Source: Deltaproteobacteria bacterium
GTDB lineage: Bacteria > Myxococcota_A > UBA9160 > UBA4427
Direction of reading: 5' to 3'
DNA length: 64,000 bases
Assembly (NCBI GenBank): GCA_002709835.1
Contig: PAQX01000033.1
Span: 8,538 to 72,537 of the forward strand
The position numbers and the translations under genes were made by a program. Of the stretch, positions 62,559-64,000 are shown piece after piece (position 1 is the first letter of the stretch; every line of letters starts with the position of its first letter). The notes under the pieces were generated by a model that ran no database searches, was not told the origin of the DNA, and saw nothing but the letters and a program-made list of their open reading frames with translations.

Positions 62559-62705
62559 CGTCGTCGCGCCGCCGACCGGGCGTCGATCGCGTCCCCCGGT
62601 CCGCTGTGATAGCAATGGTGGCCCGCCGGCCCCGGCGGGAACCCAGTACCCTCCTCCGCGTCGCTCAAGGCCGGTCGCGGTGGCCTCAACCAGGAGACGA
62701 CCCCC

Positions 62706-63179
62706 ATGGAAGAAGTGCGATTCGACGACGTCGAGAGCCTGCAGAAGTTCGTGAGCGACGAGTTCGGTGAGTTCGGCGATCCGACCGAGATCACGCAGGA
62801 AATGGTGAACCAGTTCGCCGAAGTCACCGGCGACCACCAGTGGATCCACATCGACGTCGAGCGCTGCAAGAAGGAGAGCCCCTTCGGCGGTCCGATCGTC
62901 CACGGCTTCTTCACCCTGTCGCTCATGCCCAAGCTGAATGCGTCGCTGCCGCAGGCCTACAAGACGACGGGCGTCAAGAACGCGGTCAACTACGGCTCGG
63001 ACAAGCTCCGCTTCCTCTCACCGGTTCCGGTCGGTGCCTCGGTCCACGCATGCAGCCGACTCGTCTCCGTCGAGGCGGGCAAGAAGGGCGTTCGCCTCGA
63101 GCAGGAAGCCGCGATCCACGTCGTGGGGAGCGACCGCCCGGCCGTGCTCTACAACATGATCACGCTGCTCCAGGGTTAG
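62706..63179 (+). CDS. MaoC-like (R-specific enoyl-CoA hydratase fold) dehydratase
   Basis: FAEVTGDHQWIHIDVERCKKESPFGGPIVHGFFTLSL is the hot-dog-fold MaoC signature. AGGAGA SD. Confidence 0.88.
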   Translation: MEEVRFDDVESLQKFVSDEFGEFGDPTEITQEMVNQFAEVTGDHQWIHIDVERCKKESPFGGPIVHGFFTLSLMPKLNASLPQAYKTTGVKNAVNYGSDKLRFLSPVPVGASVHACSRLVSVEAGKKGVRLEQEAAIHVVGSDRPAVLYNMITLLQG

Positions 63180-63193
63180 GGGCCTCAGGCACT

Positions 63194-64000
63194 TTGCCTC
63201 CCTCTCCCCATCCCGATTTCTCGGGCTGGCGGGTCTGCGTCTACGCAGGCCTGACCCAGGCGCTGGCGATCGGGTTCACCCTCGGTGCGGTGGGCCTCTT
63301 CGCCGCGCCCGTCGGCGAAGAATTCGGGATCACCGCGACCGGCTTCAATCTCGGCGTCGGCGGGTTCACCCTCGTGATGAACCTGTCGATGCCGGTGATC
63401 GGCCGGTTCATCGACCGCGGTTCGATTCGCAACGTGATGGCACTCGGTGCCCTCGTCCTCGCCGTGAGTCTCTTCGGGCTCGCCGTCGCGAACGCCGTGT
63501 GGCAGGTCGCGCTTTGCTGGATCGTCGGCTGTGCGCTCGGGATGGCGATGCTCGGACCGATGCCTTCGTCGACGGCGATGGCGAACTGGTTCGATCGCCA
63601 GCGCGGACGTGCGATCGGCTTCGCGAACGTAGGCGCCCCGGCCGGGCCTCTCGTGATCGTGCCCGCCGCCGCGCTCGCGTTCGAGCCCTTCGGCTGGCGA
63701 CCCGTCCTTGGGGCCTTCGCGGCGGCCGCACTCTTCGTGGCGCTGCCGGCGGCGCGCTTCGGGATGCTCGACCGCCCTGGCGACGTCGGGCAGTTTCCGG
63801 ACGGGGACGCGCCCGCGGACGGTGAGGGGCAGGGTGAGGGGACCGCGAGCGGGTCCGTGTGGGATGCATCTTCGCTCGTCCGCTCCCGTGCATTCTGGAT
63901 GATCGCCCTCGGCGCGGCGATCTTCGGGGGGCAGGGGATCGTCGTCGGCGCGAACTCGATCCCCTTCCTCCAGCACCGGGGGGCGAGCGTCGCTCTCTCG
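63194..64000 (+). CDS. MFS transporter (OFA/MCT-like), 5' part; continues beyond the window
   Basis: The frame is open from 63182 to the window end: ...LTQALAIGFTLGAVGLFAAPVGEEFGIT...MPVIGRFIDRGSIRNVM...NWFDRQRGRAIGF... Absent from the track because no stop lies in the window. The TTG 63194 start is a guess. Confidence 0.7.
   Translation, partial: MPPSPHPDFSGWRVCVYAGLTQALAIGFTLGAVGLFAAPVGEEFGITATGFNLGVGGFTLVMNLSMPVIGRFIDRGSIRNVMALGALVLAVSLFGLAVANAVWQVALCWIVGCALGMAMLGPMPSSTAMANWFDRQRGRAIGFANVGAPAGPLVIVPAAALAFEPFGWRPVLGAFAAAALFVALPAARFGMLDRPGDVGQFPDGDAPADGEGQGEGTASGSVWDASSLVRSRAFWMIALGAAIFGGQGIVVGANSIPFLQHRGASVALS

Noticed and set aside
63185-63976. 263-aa minus-strand ORF at the window end
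   Set aside because: Its translation is Arg/Pro/Glu/His-rich junk. The plus strand in the same interval gives a clean MFS transporter sequence that runs off the window, which is why that gene is absent from the track.

Overview
A 64-kb chromosomal segment of about 66% GC from a diderm bacterium (kdsB is present). It is gene-dense with no mobile elements, CRISPR arrays or rRNA genes, and many neighbouring genes overlap by 4 nt (ATGA/GTGA). I support about 65 protein genes, one tRNA-Asn(GTT) and one candidate structured RNA.

Content:
- Housekeeping genes: ftsH, pdxH, nei, purU, purE, purK, kdsB, greA, ridA, rarD.
- A paralog-rich set of catabolic modules: two giant tandem-fused CaiB-type CoA-transferases, two DUF35/SCP-x thiolase pairs, LLM, amidohydrolase, SDR and OYE genes.
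- A type-B succinate:quinone oxidoreductase operon that also carries a MerR-family regulator and a HiPIP.
- An FeS-type (6-4) photolyase operon.
- A quinoprotein dehydrogenase with an internal cytochrome c domain.
- A coxMSL-like molybdenum hydroxylase operon with its maturation genes.

The ORF track counts GTG/TTG as starts and reports the longest ORFs, so many of its very long Arg/Pro-rich ORFs are wrong-frame or antisense artefacts. I trimmed several starts accordingly.

Most interesting observations:
1. A BCP peroxiredoxin with an in-frame TGA exactly at the peroxidatic Cys, followed by a SECIS-like hairpin (candidate selenoprotein).
2. A MoaD-type beta-grasp ending in Gly-Gly that is fused in frame to an XdhC N-domain.
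3. Single-chain tandem CoA-transferases whose N-terminal halves lack the catalytic Asp.
4. A roughly 340-nt ORF-free structured region ending in a strong terminator, between purU and a cyclase gene.
5. A photolyase-coupled pseudo-kinase and a DUF2256-DUF3253 fusion.
6. An amidohydrolase interrupted by an in-frame TAG.

All family calls come from motif and pattern recognition by eye. No database search was run.
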